Positions 37,401 through 47,712 of a stretch of DNA of 48,427 nucleotides are shown in pieces. Both the position numbers and the translations under genes were made by a program. The stretch is from Rhizaria sp. SCN 62-66. Lineage: Eukaryota. The stretch is taken from the NCBI GenBank assembly GCA_001724265.1, contig MEDY01000046.1, forward strand, positions 62,001-110,427. Direction: 5' to 3'. The first letter of the stretch is position 1. Every line of letters starts with the position of its first letter. Under the pieces are notes generated by a model, which was given only the letters and a program-made list of their open reading frames with translations, was not told the DNA's origin and searched no databases.

Positions 37401-40400
37401 CATGCTATCACAGTGGTGATCATTATTGCATTGCTACACTGTACGGATTTCCGCGATGCCCAAGTTGCTATTGACGCTTTGCAATCATACTGCAAAAAGC
37501 AGGCGATCAACCGCGGCGGTGGCCATCTGTGGAGCCCCCAGGTACCGGCCAGTCTTGTAGGCGTGTTCCACACTACCCAGACGCTGCTCACTTACTGGGG
37601 TCGTGCCGCTGACAATGTTGGCAAAGTCAAGACAGGTGGCGTGCGGCCGCATGATGCCATGACTGCGCTCCGACTACCGCGTAACATGCGCGATACTCCC
37701 GTTAATCAGGCCAATCTCCGGAGTCATACCGGTGCGCTTGAGCTGTTACGCCGACTTAACTTCTCAGGCTCATCAGTCATGGAGCTCACTGAAAATTCGC
37801 CAGGTGATGATAATGGTGATAACGACGAAAATAAAGATACAGGTCAGGACGCGAGTGCTGCTGAAATACCGCGCTTTAAATGGAGCCAACCAGGAGTGAT
37901 CGCAAACTTCGGCGTGATGTGTCCCGGTGAGGCCATGGCTCATCGTGAAGTGCGCATTCGCAATGCCACGGCGCACAACGTCGAGTACACCGTTGAGCTC
38001 TGTGTGGCGGGCTCACGTGATGCTATCCCAGCCGGCGCTGACGGTTTTGCACAGCGCGCGGGACTCTGGGTGTCGCCGATGCATGGTACACTCCTGGCAG
38101 CACAGACTGCGACGCTGCGCGTGTCCGTCGAGCCGCTGTTGTCGCAGCCGATTTCGATGCTTTGGGACGTCTATGTACGCATGCGCGCTGTGCGCAGCAG
38201 CGGTATCGACCTACCTGAGACAGCGTTCCGTGTTACACGCTTGCTCGACATGCCGCGTTTGCGTCTCTCCGCTCCGCGCGTCCTGTTTGCACCCCTGAAA
38301 CTCGCGTCAGGTGGTGGCCAATTTAGCCCTGCAACAGCTTCACTGACAATCACGAACCCAGGCGAAAGCGACGTCACGTACGCTCTCTCGCTGGGCGAGC
38401 AGTGGCGCGTCACCGCCGCGCAAAGTGTTTCAGATCCTCTTGGTACTTCATCGATCGATAGAGACTGGCGCAGTGCTGTTAGCGGACCAGGGTACACTGT
38501 CGCGAGCAGCAGTAGTGCAAGCGCCAGCGTTAGCTCTCGCTCTAGCTCTCGTTTGTCGGCTCCAGCCATCGCTACGCTACCGATACGCGCAGATTGTTTC
38601 CGTCTGTCTGTCGAAGACGCTCTCTCCGCAGCGTCATCTGCGGCAACTGAAGCGCGGGTGCTTGTTGGGCCCGGGCAAAACAGGGAGGTCCGCATTGAGT
38701 GTGCGCCGCTGCCTCTTGGCAACTTTGCGTTAGCGACTGTTCTACAGTTGCGGCCCATCGGTGCAAGCGACGCGCCTGCACAGACGCTGCGTGTCCCTGT
38801 TATCGCCACTGCCACTGTTCCGCAAGCAATTGTTCGCGTGTCGCAGTCTCAACCGCTTTCTGGTTCACGCGTTGATGTAACGGCCAGAATGCAAACAGGG
38901 CTCCAGTGGACTGACATACCGGGCGTACCCTTCGTCGAAACACCGAAGCGTGATTTCGCTGACCATCGTGCACCTCGGTCACAGTCTGTGCAGCACAAAA
39001 TCACGTTTGGCACTCCGATGTCGCGTGGTGGATTACTGCGCACGGCATGTCTGATCGCTGTGGCGTCAGGCGAACGGGGTGGTGAACAGCCATATAAGGT
39101 TGAGACTGTTGAATCTCCTGCTGGTGTCACAGTGCTGTTTAACAACAAGAAGACACTTAAAGACAAGGCTGGTGGAATCGCGGCGTCGGCTTCAGTTGCA
39201 ATCATTAATGTTAGCGTGTCTATTGAGGCATATTTGGCAGTCACCTTAAAGTCTTCATTCACGGTCAAATTCAATATTATAACCGACACTTCTCAGCGAA
39301 TCGTCGAGCTCGTAATCCCGTTAGACAATGACTTCATTAGTTCCTACATCAATTCTTTGTCAATCTCATGTTCCAACGTCGACCGTGTTCTGACTCGTAC
39401 TCGTGAAAACGAAAACATGTCTCTCATCCTCACTGATACCCAGAACTTCCGCTCGTGCAAAGACCGGCCAACTGCCGTCGCGGTCCCTATTCCCGGCCAA
39501 GATGGAATTCGTCTGCTCTCAGTTTAGCGCTCACCCAGTAACACTCTCACAGTGCCGTTACCGGAACCTGCCACAGATGTTGCGTTGTCCAGCTACCGGT
39601 TTGGAGTTGCAGCCTGGCAAATGGGTTCATCCGACTACCGGCCGGCGTATGCGACCGTAACACCATTGTTTCCACGCCTCCGCTTTTCGTGGGAAGTCGG
39701 TGATGCTGACAAGAGCGGTCGCGTGACCGTTACTGTCACGGTGCACAACATAGGCAATCACCGCGGTGCACTCGCGCTGGGCATTCCTGATTTATCTGGG
39801 GCTGAAAACGTCGATTCGGTCGTGTATCGGGGTGGTGATATGCGAGAGTGCAACAGTGAGAGTGATTTCTTCAATGATCTTTCGGAGGCAACCCATGTGC
39901 CTGCTGCGAGTAAGCGTGGAAATCGCGTGAACAACCAGAGTGACGCTCCAGAGCCACGCTACTGGCGAACTCTCGAGCCCCAGACGTCGACTGAGCTAGA
40001 GTTCAACATAAGGATCACCCCTGGGATCAGCGCTGACACAATCGTAGCCTCATCAATGCCAACGCTAGACGAAGGAGATGAAGAGGGTGGTAGCAGCATT
40101 ATTGCGTCTACAGCTGCCGCGTCGTTGAATGTTGCAAACTCGACGACAGACGACGCTATCGTACAGTGCCCCCTTCTGTTTTTTACTGATGAGCCCACTT
40201 TGCTGTCTGTCACTGGTCGTCGCCAATTTTCGGTGCCGATTGCGCGTGCGTCGACAGATCCTGCGCAGATAGACAAATATAAGCGTGATGCTATACTCGA
40301 GGACGTTCTTCATGTTCCTACGCCCCATGGAGTTCGTGTGGGAGCTCAGTGCGCCACGCGGAGCACGCACGTGACACAAGACTTCCCGTTGCCTCGTGAC

Positions 40401-43400
40401 GCTGCGGAGCTCTTCACGACGACTATGCGTTTGTTCTCTGACGCTGCCGTGACCGAGCTTGTCAACTTTAGTACCGAGTCTGTGTTGGCAGGCGCCTATA
40501 GTGGCTCTGGATATGTCGACGGCGTGTCTTTGATGGAGCGACTCACGCGTGACGCATTGGCGGAAGTGACCAAGAGTTCCTCACTAACTTATAATACGAC
40601 TGCCACAGATGACGCTGTTGCGGCTGCGATGCACAATCTGCGTGAAAATGACAGCACGGCCCAAGCGAGCAAAGAACTTGAGTGGAAGATGCCGATGGTG
40701 GTCGAGGCGCCCAGCGTTGGTGATGTAGAATGCGTTATTTGTGGCGAATCCAGTGTGGACGGTGCCGGTTGGTTGATGTGTAACGCACAATCGTGCGATG
40801 GCAAGCACGTCCTGTGTAGTGACTGCGCATGTGGCTATGTTGAAACGAGTGTGTTCGCCGAGCTCATGGCTAAGAATGTGACCTCTGTGTCAAATGCAGA
40901 CGTATTTGCCGACACAGAAGGTATCGTGTTCTGTATGGCGACAACGCGCCACCCTGTCCGTCTGGCGCTTCTGACAGCCCAGGTTGCGGGTACGCGTGCG
41001 GCAGATGTAGCTGGTCAGTGCATGGCACCGCCCTTCACTGACGAGCAGCTGCGCCGAGTGCCCAATGTCTGGCAGCGCGTCGTTGCTGCCCGACAGCACC
41101 TTGCGGCCCTCAAGCGCCAGCGTGATGAATGTGTGCGTGCTGAGGAAGAGCGTGTGCGCTTACTTGATGAGGAGGAACAACGCAAGGCGCGCAAACGCAG
41201 TCAAGCTGAAGCTGACATTCGCCAGCAATTCGCGGGGATGAGCAATCTTCTTCAGTGCCCACGATGTGGCCACGGACCCGTCGAGGCGTTGAACTGCTCC
41301 AACTTACAAACACACAATGGGCAGGCATCTGGCAGGGGAGTGATCAACAACTCGTGTGGTGCATGTAGTTTTTTTTCAGCTGATCGGAACGCCTGGCACG
41401 CATTCAATGGCGACTTTTCACGCTTATTAAACGATGTTGCCGTCAGTAAAAACCTTACTGTGAGGCAGCAGTCGCCCGCTGAGCTCACCCAGCAGGCGGC
41501 AGAACGCGAAATTCGCAGCAAGGATTTCATCCTAGGCGCCGAGATCTGTCAACGTTCGTTAAAGCGCGCGCATGTAGCTCTAAAGTCATCGTCGGCGATG
41601 TTGGGCGCCGCCCTGAGTGGACTGGCGAACAACGCACTTTGGTTGCCGTCTTTCCGTACCGCTGCACGTATTACTGGCGAACTTGCTCGCGCGTGGCAGC
41701 ACTTACATGAAGCCTTCCGTACTGCCATCGACCGTGCGAAGCCGCAGTTCTTACTTAGCGTGATTGATTGGACTGCTGCGATAGGTCTTTTCAAACACCT
41801 ATTACGCTCTGTCAAACTTGCCAGTGCTCTCTTTGCACCCATTGCACCACGCCCAGTTGCAACTTCCGTCATTCTTTCTGGGACTGCAGCTACAAATAAT
41901 GAGTTAGTATGGCGCCGCGCTCCCGCAGTTGGTCTTGCGAATCTGCGACGCCAAGTGTTGGCCTTTGCTCGCACCGTCAGTCGCGAGGACCGCGCGCGCG
42001 ACGTTGCAGACAGTCTGCGTGAGGCTGACCCTGACGTCGGTGTCGTCCGTTTTGCTGATGATACGGCTGCTGCTGCCGCTGAGCGTGACCGCGCCCACGC
42101 CGAGCAAGAGAATAGCACCGAGGACGACACTGCCGCCCGCAAGCGCGCCGCGGAGCAGCGCGAGCGCGAGGACGAAGATGAACGTGATCGAGCTCGCGAT
42201 CGCCGTCGCAAGCGTGAGCATCAGGAACAAGCCGAACGCGAGGCTGCTGAAGAGGCTGCGCGTGCCGCTGCAGAAGCTGAACGTCGACTTCAAGAAGAAG
42301 AAGCCCAGGACGCGGAGGACGAAGCCAATGATGTTGGCAACGCTGATGAGCGGCGTGAGCGTGCTGCTGAGCGTGAGCAAGCGCGCGCTGCCGCGCAGCA
42401 AGCAGCTGATCTTGCAGCAGTCGATGGCGCTCCTGGCGCCGCTGCTCCTGACGCCGGTACTGGTGGCGGGACGGCTGGAGCTGCGGATGCCGCTGCGGCA
42501 GCTGTCGCTGCAGCGGCTGCAACGGACCCAGCGTACCGTGCACTGAGGCAAGACGACATCAACAATGCGTTCGACGCCGCGAGGCAAGCGTACGCGAACC
42601 AGCGTCTCGGTCGCGGTGCTGAGGGCCTACGTGGGGCTGCTGCGGCGCAGGCTGCAGCGGACGCTCTTGAAGGGCGTGGGCACCCTACCTGGGCGGCAAC
42701 GGTGGCCGCAACTGTTGCCGCCGCGGCTGTGGCAGCAACCAATGGAACAACTGCCGCTGCCGCGAATGCGGCGGCGGTAGAGGCTGCTAATGTGATGGCG
42801 CAGCGCCACCACGGGCTGCAGCTGCGCGAGGATGACATCGCCGCTGCCGCCGAGCGCGCCTTTGGCGGTGTCCGTGACGGTCGTGCTCAGGGCCGCGACG
42901 TGGATGCTGCAGCGCGCGATGCTATTCGTGAAGGACTCGTGGGTGTCGGTTTCCAGTTCAACACGGAGAATCAGGTCCGCAATGAGCGCGTGCAGGCCGA
43001 TGCTGCGGCAGCTGCGGCCGATGCAGCGACAACTGCAGCGCGCGCCGCGAACCGCGGAGCCGCAGCCGCTGCTGTCGCTGCGGCTACGGCCGCTGCGTTT
43101 GCGAACGAGGCGGGTCGCGGCGCGGCTGCAGCTGCGGCCGCAGCTGCCGCAGCTGGTGCTGCAATCGACGGTGGCGCAAATGCTGAAGCTGCCGTGGCCG
43201 CTGCTGTTGCTGCTGCAGCAGCTATCGATGCTGGCGCGAATTCTGGGGCTGCAGCTGATGCTGGCCGTCGTGCGGCCGCAGCCGTCACCTCCTACGGACC
43301 TGGTCACGGCCACGGCACAGGTAATGGAACTCGTAACGGTCGCCCTGCCCACGGCCTTGGTCGCGGCGACGAAAGCGGTCATGGCCCCAACAACGGAGAT

Positions 43401-46400
43401 GGCGCGGAAGAGGAAGAAGAGGAGGCTGTGGAGGACGCGATGCTGACTCAGCAGCGTCTTCGCGACAAAGCTCGCCACCAGCAGACGCGTGACGGCACGC
43501 GCCACAACAACGCTGCCGCCGCTGGCAACAGCTCCGGGGGCGGCAGCGGCTTGAGCGCGGCTCAGCGCGCCATGCGTAACGCTGGGGTTGGCGACGACGC
43601 GGCAAGTGGGAACGGAGCTTGTGGCAGCTCCAACTTAGGTCGCAGTTCTGTTGCTGGAGACCCTGGCAATGGCTCTTCCGACGGCGCCACTAGCGGCAAC
43701 CATCTGCCTCGTGGCTTTGGACCCTCTGCAGCACGTGGCAGCCGAGATCGAGCAAGCGCTGGTGTTGGCCATAACACAGACCGCATCAAGTTTACAGACA
43801 GCTTTGCTGCAGAGAGTCTGCGGTCGTCACGCGTGGCCAATGCGCTCACGCGCGGCACGCTTCACATCGTGGCCGACAACGCTCATCGCAACAACGACGA
43901 CGATGACGAGGACGATGATGATAGCAGTGGAACCAAAAAGAAGAAGGCTGTGGATCCCAATGATATGGTCGAGGTCAAACTCACCGGAGAAGAGCTCGCT
44001 GCGATGCAGCACCAGATGCAGCAGCAGCGTGGCGGTGGTGCGCGCAGCTACGTCCGTATGGATGCTATCACGGACGAAGCAACTGCTTTTGCTGAGAATG
44101 ACATTCAGCGCGTTGACCACTCGACGTACGAGCTGCTTGCAAACTTGCCCTCTATGCGCACATTTGTTCGCGCTTTGGTTCAGCGCGCGCGCAGTGCCAT
44201 TATGGAGCTGAGTCGTCACCTGAGCGCTGCTCCGGAAGGCACCATGCCGGTCGCATTCTGCATTGTCATCGACTGCTCAGAGTCCATGTCAGGCCGCCGT
44301 GGTGAGTTTGCGCGCACTGCTCTTGTTTTATTGCTCGAAACGTTCCGTCGTCTTGAGTGCCCCGTCTCCGTCGTCAAGTTCTCTGGATCCCGGCAGCAGA
44401 ACGTGCTGCTGGCAATGGGCGCACGCGATCCGTTCGACTACGTGCGTGGCGAGCGCATCATGACCGAGCTCGCGCAGGCGGGCCGCGGCACGCGCTACGC
44501 CGAAGCTCTGCAGTTCACCGCGACGTCAGGCTTTACTCTCGCCAACGCTGAAGACGGCGCTGGAGACGGCGCCTTCCGCACACGACAGGTCAAGGCACTA
44601 ATGCACAGCGTGCTTGTGATTTCTGACGGTGAGATTGAGTCCGTACGTGACGAAGACATCGCCCGCAATTTGTATCCGTTCTATTCAGCACAGAACATGC
44701 ACCTGGCGTTTGTGCAAATTCACTGTGACAGCGTCAAGGGCGACAGTGCGGCAGATGACTTCAGTCAAAACACCTTTAACGCGCTGCGTGAGTTCTATAG
44801 CAAATGTACCGGTGTGCAAGCAAGTGCCCGGCAGTGGTACCATGTCTTCCGTATGCTTGATAGCAAGATGAACGAGCTTCCGCGTACCCTTGGTCGCATC
44901 GTTGAATCGCAGTTACGTGAACATATCAAGCGACTCGAGTCATCATCCGCTGCAAATGCTCCTGTTGCCCGTAATGTTGCGCACACTGCACCAGCACCGC
45001 AGGCTTCGAGCTCAGTCACAGCTGGAGTGGGCTCGGTTATGGCCACCGTGCGTCGTCTTACTCGTGTCGACAATCGCACAGCGTTAGATGCACGGAATCT
45101 CGTTGAAGATGTCATGTTTGTGGGTCCGACTGACGGTGGCGCAGCCTCCGCTGCAAGCGGCGGCACACGCGGCGGGCGCAAGGCGAAGGACGACGGCTTC
45201 CACGCTAGCGCACTTGACGCGCGCCCTCACAAGCCGGACAAGTCGGGCACCACTGTCAACAACATAGCTGCGGGCAACTCCGCTGCGCAGCGGACTGTTT
45301 CTCAGCGCGCGCAGTCGGGCCCAGACCCGCGCTGGGCGGCGACGCGCGTTGTGACTGGAGCACTGACACCTGCACACGCGCAGGTTGTCGAGAACGCTTG
45401 GCGCGAGGTCCTAGCGCGACTTGCACAGGCGCAGCGTGGCCTGGTGCATTCTTTCTCTGAGGGCTGCCTGCCGGTGAACCGTTTCTCTATCGGCGCTCCT
45501 GCCGCTAAGGGCAGCAAGCTCAGCATGGCCGGCGTCATGCGTTTCCTTTTAACTAACGGCATGAACAGGAACATCTTTGAGGCTCAAGCTGAAGGTGGCT
45601 CGCGCAAATACTCGCTGGGTATTTTGCTCGACCGCTCAAGCTCTCTCTCTGGACCCGCAGGTGCCGAGGCGCAGCGCGCGGCGGTGCTGCTCGCAGCGAC
45701 ATTCGTTTCGCTGGAACTGCCACAATTCGCCGTGATGGCTTTTGGCGACGTGATTGAAGTGCTCAAGCGCCGCGACGAGCCGTTCACTGCACTCCACAAG
45801 CTGCGTCTGCTCGCGGCCACTGAATGTGTTGCTGCTCGCACGAACGACGCCGAAGCCGTAGCCTCTATTGCGCAACACCTTGCCCAAGGCGCTGGTGACG
45901 ACACACCCGCTCTGCTGTTTGTGTTCACCGACGGTTACAGTTCCGACCCTGTCGGGCTGCGGCAGACGCTGCAGACGGCTGAAGCGCAAGGTGTGACCGT
46001 CGTCGCCGTGAGTGTGGGCAACCCCGACGCTGACGTGGCGGCGGCGTATCACCACTACGTGATGGCGCGCGACCTAGCCGCACTGCCCGACGCGCTTCTG
46101 CGCTGGGCCGGCGGTGAAGGCGCGCACCTGCCCCCGCTGCCTCCCATTGAGGATGTCTTGGACGACCTCGACGAGTCGGCGGCGCAGCTTGGTGACCGAG
46201 GGCGTGGCGACGCACATGGCGTGTGGGATGAGCGCAAGGCCCTAATGCGCACTCGTGGACAAAACCTTGAGAATGAAATTGTACTGCGCGTGAACCGCAC
46301 AGCACTGCGCAATGTTGGTGGTGGCAATATGGATGGTGGCGATAGGGACATGAGCTTTGACATTGTCATTGCCATTGATACCACGGGTAGTATGTCGTCA

Positions 46401-47105
46401 TACATTGACGGACTTCGTAGGCACGTGACGACAGTTGTCAACAACCTCGCGCAAGAGATCAAGCAACGTATTGGTCGCAATGCTGTCATTCGCCTTGGTA
46501 TTGCGCCATACAATGATCACAAGCCTGGCTGTACGCGCACAACTTGCGATACTGGCAGGTATGGCACATGCCACGCAGACTATTACCAGCCCTACGATTT
46601 TGTTGAAGACATGAACAATGCGAGCACCTTTATGCACAGCCTGAACGTCGTCAATGGTGACGACTGTGAGGATGTTCTTGGTGGTCTGTGGAAGGCGACG
46701 AACCTGACGTGGCGCGCTAACAAGGGCCGCTTTGTGCTTCTCGTCGGCGACATGCCCTGCCACGGCGTGCAGTACAACCAGCGTCAAGGGTACCCTTCGA
46801 CGCATGACTCGATTCCTGGTGGTGATCCAAAGGGTATCACGCCAGAAATGATTGTCAACAAGCTGGACGATGACGCGCGCGCCGCGGGTGCAGAGTTGCA
46901 CATGATTGCTGTCGACCCTCACAGTACAGGCAATGGTGAGCGCACGTTCATGGAGCCGATGTTGATGTATTTCAGTGACCTCCTTGAGGCCAAGGGGCGC
47001 AAGCCTGTCAAGCGCGTGCCTCAAGGACATGGAGTCGACGTTGCAGAGTTCATGCGCAACGCGCTGCACAGCATTCTCTCGCTTGTCACCGAGGACGTGC
47101 TGTAA
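16488..47105 (+). CDS. Giant midasin (Rea1/MDN1)-like protein of ~10,205 aa: 6 AAA+ modules, helical linker, Ig-like domains, RING/RBR-like Zn modules, Ala/Gly-rich linker, 3 vWA domains; two in-frame TAG codons (16491-16493, 39525-39527)
   Basis: ORFs 16518-39527 and 39552-47105 share a frame and are separated only by TAG plus 8 sense codons (RSPSNTLT). An in-frame ATG lies at 16488. The AAA ring is in the first ORF and the midasin-type MIDAS domain is in the second, as expected for one polypeptide. Final stop is TAA. Confidence 0.8.
20690..28810 (+). other. Six tandem MoxR/midasin-type AAA+ modules
   Basis: Walker A motifs: GETGQGKS (20703), GPAASGKT (22656), GDAATGKT (23586), GPSGVKT (24822, degenerate), GAPGNGKT (26748), GPLCGGKT (27999). 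Midasin-like motifs F.W..GPL..A, LDE.NL, ERLN, FRL.AT.NP, LS.ALR.R are also present. Confidence 0.9.
37890..40030 (+). other. Tandem Ig-like beta-sandwich (ASH/PapD-like) domains spanning the second TAG
   Basis: Patterns ANFGVMCPGE..REVRIRNAT..VSPMHGTLLAAQTATLRVSVEP; VLFAPL..ASLTITNPGESDVTYAL..VGPGQNREVRIECAP; VTVTVTVHNIGN..LEPQTSTELEFNI. Confidence 0.6.
40731..41380 (+). other. RING-like Zn finger followed by an RBR Rcat/RING2-like Cys cluster
   Basis: CVIC-x11-C..C..H.LC..C..C..C, a charged helical spacer, then CPRCGHGPVEALNCSNLQTH..NNSCGAC. Confidence 0.6.
42060..43760 (+). repeat. Low-complexity coding region: Glu/Arg/Ala coiled coil followed by poly-Ala/Gly-rich repeats
   Basis: Many GCN runs, e.g. 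AAAAAVAAATAAA, GAAAAAAAAAAAGAA, AAVAAAVAAAAA. Confidence 0.8.
44250..47102 (+). other. Three von Willebrand A domains with MIDAS-type motifs
   Basis: vWA1 IVIDCSES (44271)..GT..VISDGE. vWA2 ILLDRSSS (45630)..TND..VFTDG, preceded by the midasin-like GSKLSMAGVMRFL..NIF..RKYSLGILLD. vWA3 IAIDTTGSM (46377)..YNDH..GDDCEDVLGGL..L.W..VGDMPCHG. Confidence 0.88.
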
Positions 47106-47302
47106 AGCATTCTACGCAAGTGAATCTTTGCGCCGTCACTAGTCACGAATCGTGGGTTCTAAAGAATCATGTGTTCTAAATCTATTCACGATAATCACTT
47201 CAGAGCGACTAAGTACGATAATTTGATTCGAGAAGCGCTTGTTTTTATTTTATTTGCCCCAATCAACTGTATTTAGATTCAGTAATGCCACAATATTTCA
47301 TG

Positions 47303-47351
47303 AAACAAAACAAAGAAAAAAGAAGAAAAAACAAAACGGAAAAAACGTAAA
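47303..47351. repeat. A-rich low-complexity tract in the convergent intergenic region
   Basis: aaacaaaacaaagaaaaaagaagaaaaaacaaaacggaaaaaacgtaaa. Confidence 0.7.
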
Positions 47352-47712
47352 CACGGAAGATCGCAGTTCGATATCGTTGTTTTGAGTTGGAGATCTCAAC
47401 TTTATTTCGCGCTCTATTTTAAGAGGCTTTAAGTGCATACATGTACTCACAATTATTTGAATAAAATACTGTTTTAATCACAACGCGAGACTGTCACAAT
47501 CACGTTCTGAAAATGTATGTTCACTTCTATGTAAAAATAATCAATTGGACAATGTGATTTCGCATCTCAGGAGAGACTCCAGTGGTACACACGCTGGCCG
47601 TGTGGTACACAATGAAGTAATTTCGGTTACGATTTTTGGTTTAATACGTAACTACTTCGACTTTAAGAGCAATACAGATGCTCAATTACTCAGAACTCAG
47701 AACTAACTTTGA

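Noticed and set aside
39397-39527. Possible 131-nt intron GTACTC...TTTAG removing the second TAG
   Set aside because: Its length is not a multiple of 3, so it would shift the frame away from the downstream RING/vWA ORF. The 216-nt alternative from 39312 is kept as an open caveat.
39525-39527. Pyrrolysine or selenocysteine recoding
   Set aside because: Sec uses UGA and I saw no SECIS-like element in the 3' region. Pyl is not known in eukaryotic nuclei and no pyl genes are in the window.
16488-47105. Calling the giant gene canonical MDN1, or an old pseudogene
   Set aside because: It is about twice the usual size with extra domains, so no symbol is given. It has no frameshifts in 30 kb and complementary AAA motif conservation, which argues against long decay. 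Very recent nonsense mutations remain possible.
47582-47610. Short direct repeat GTGGTACAC x2
   Set aside because: Only two 9-nt copies; not a CRISPR array or a convincing target-site duplication.
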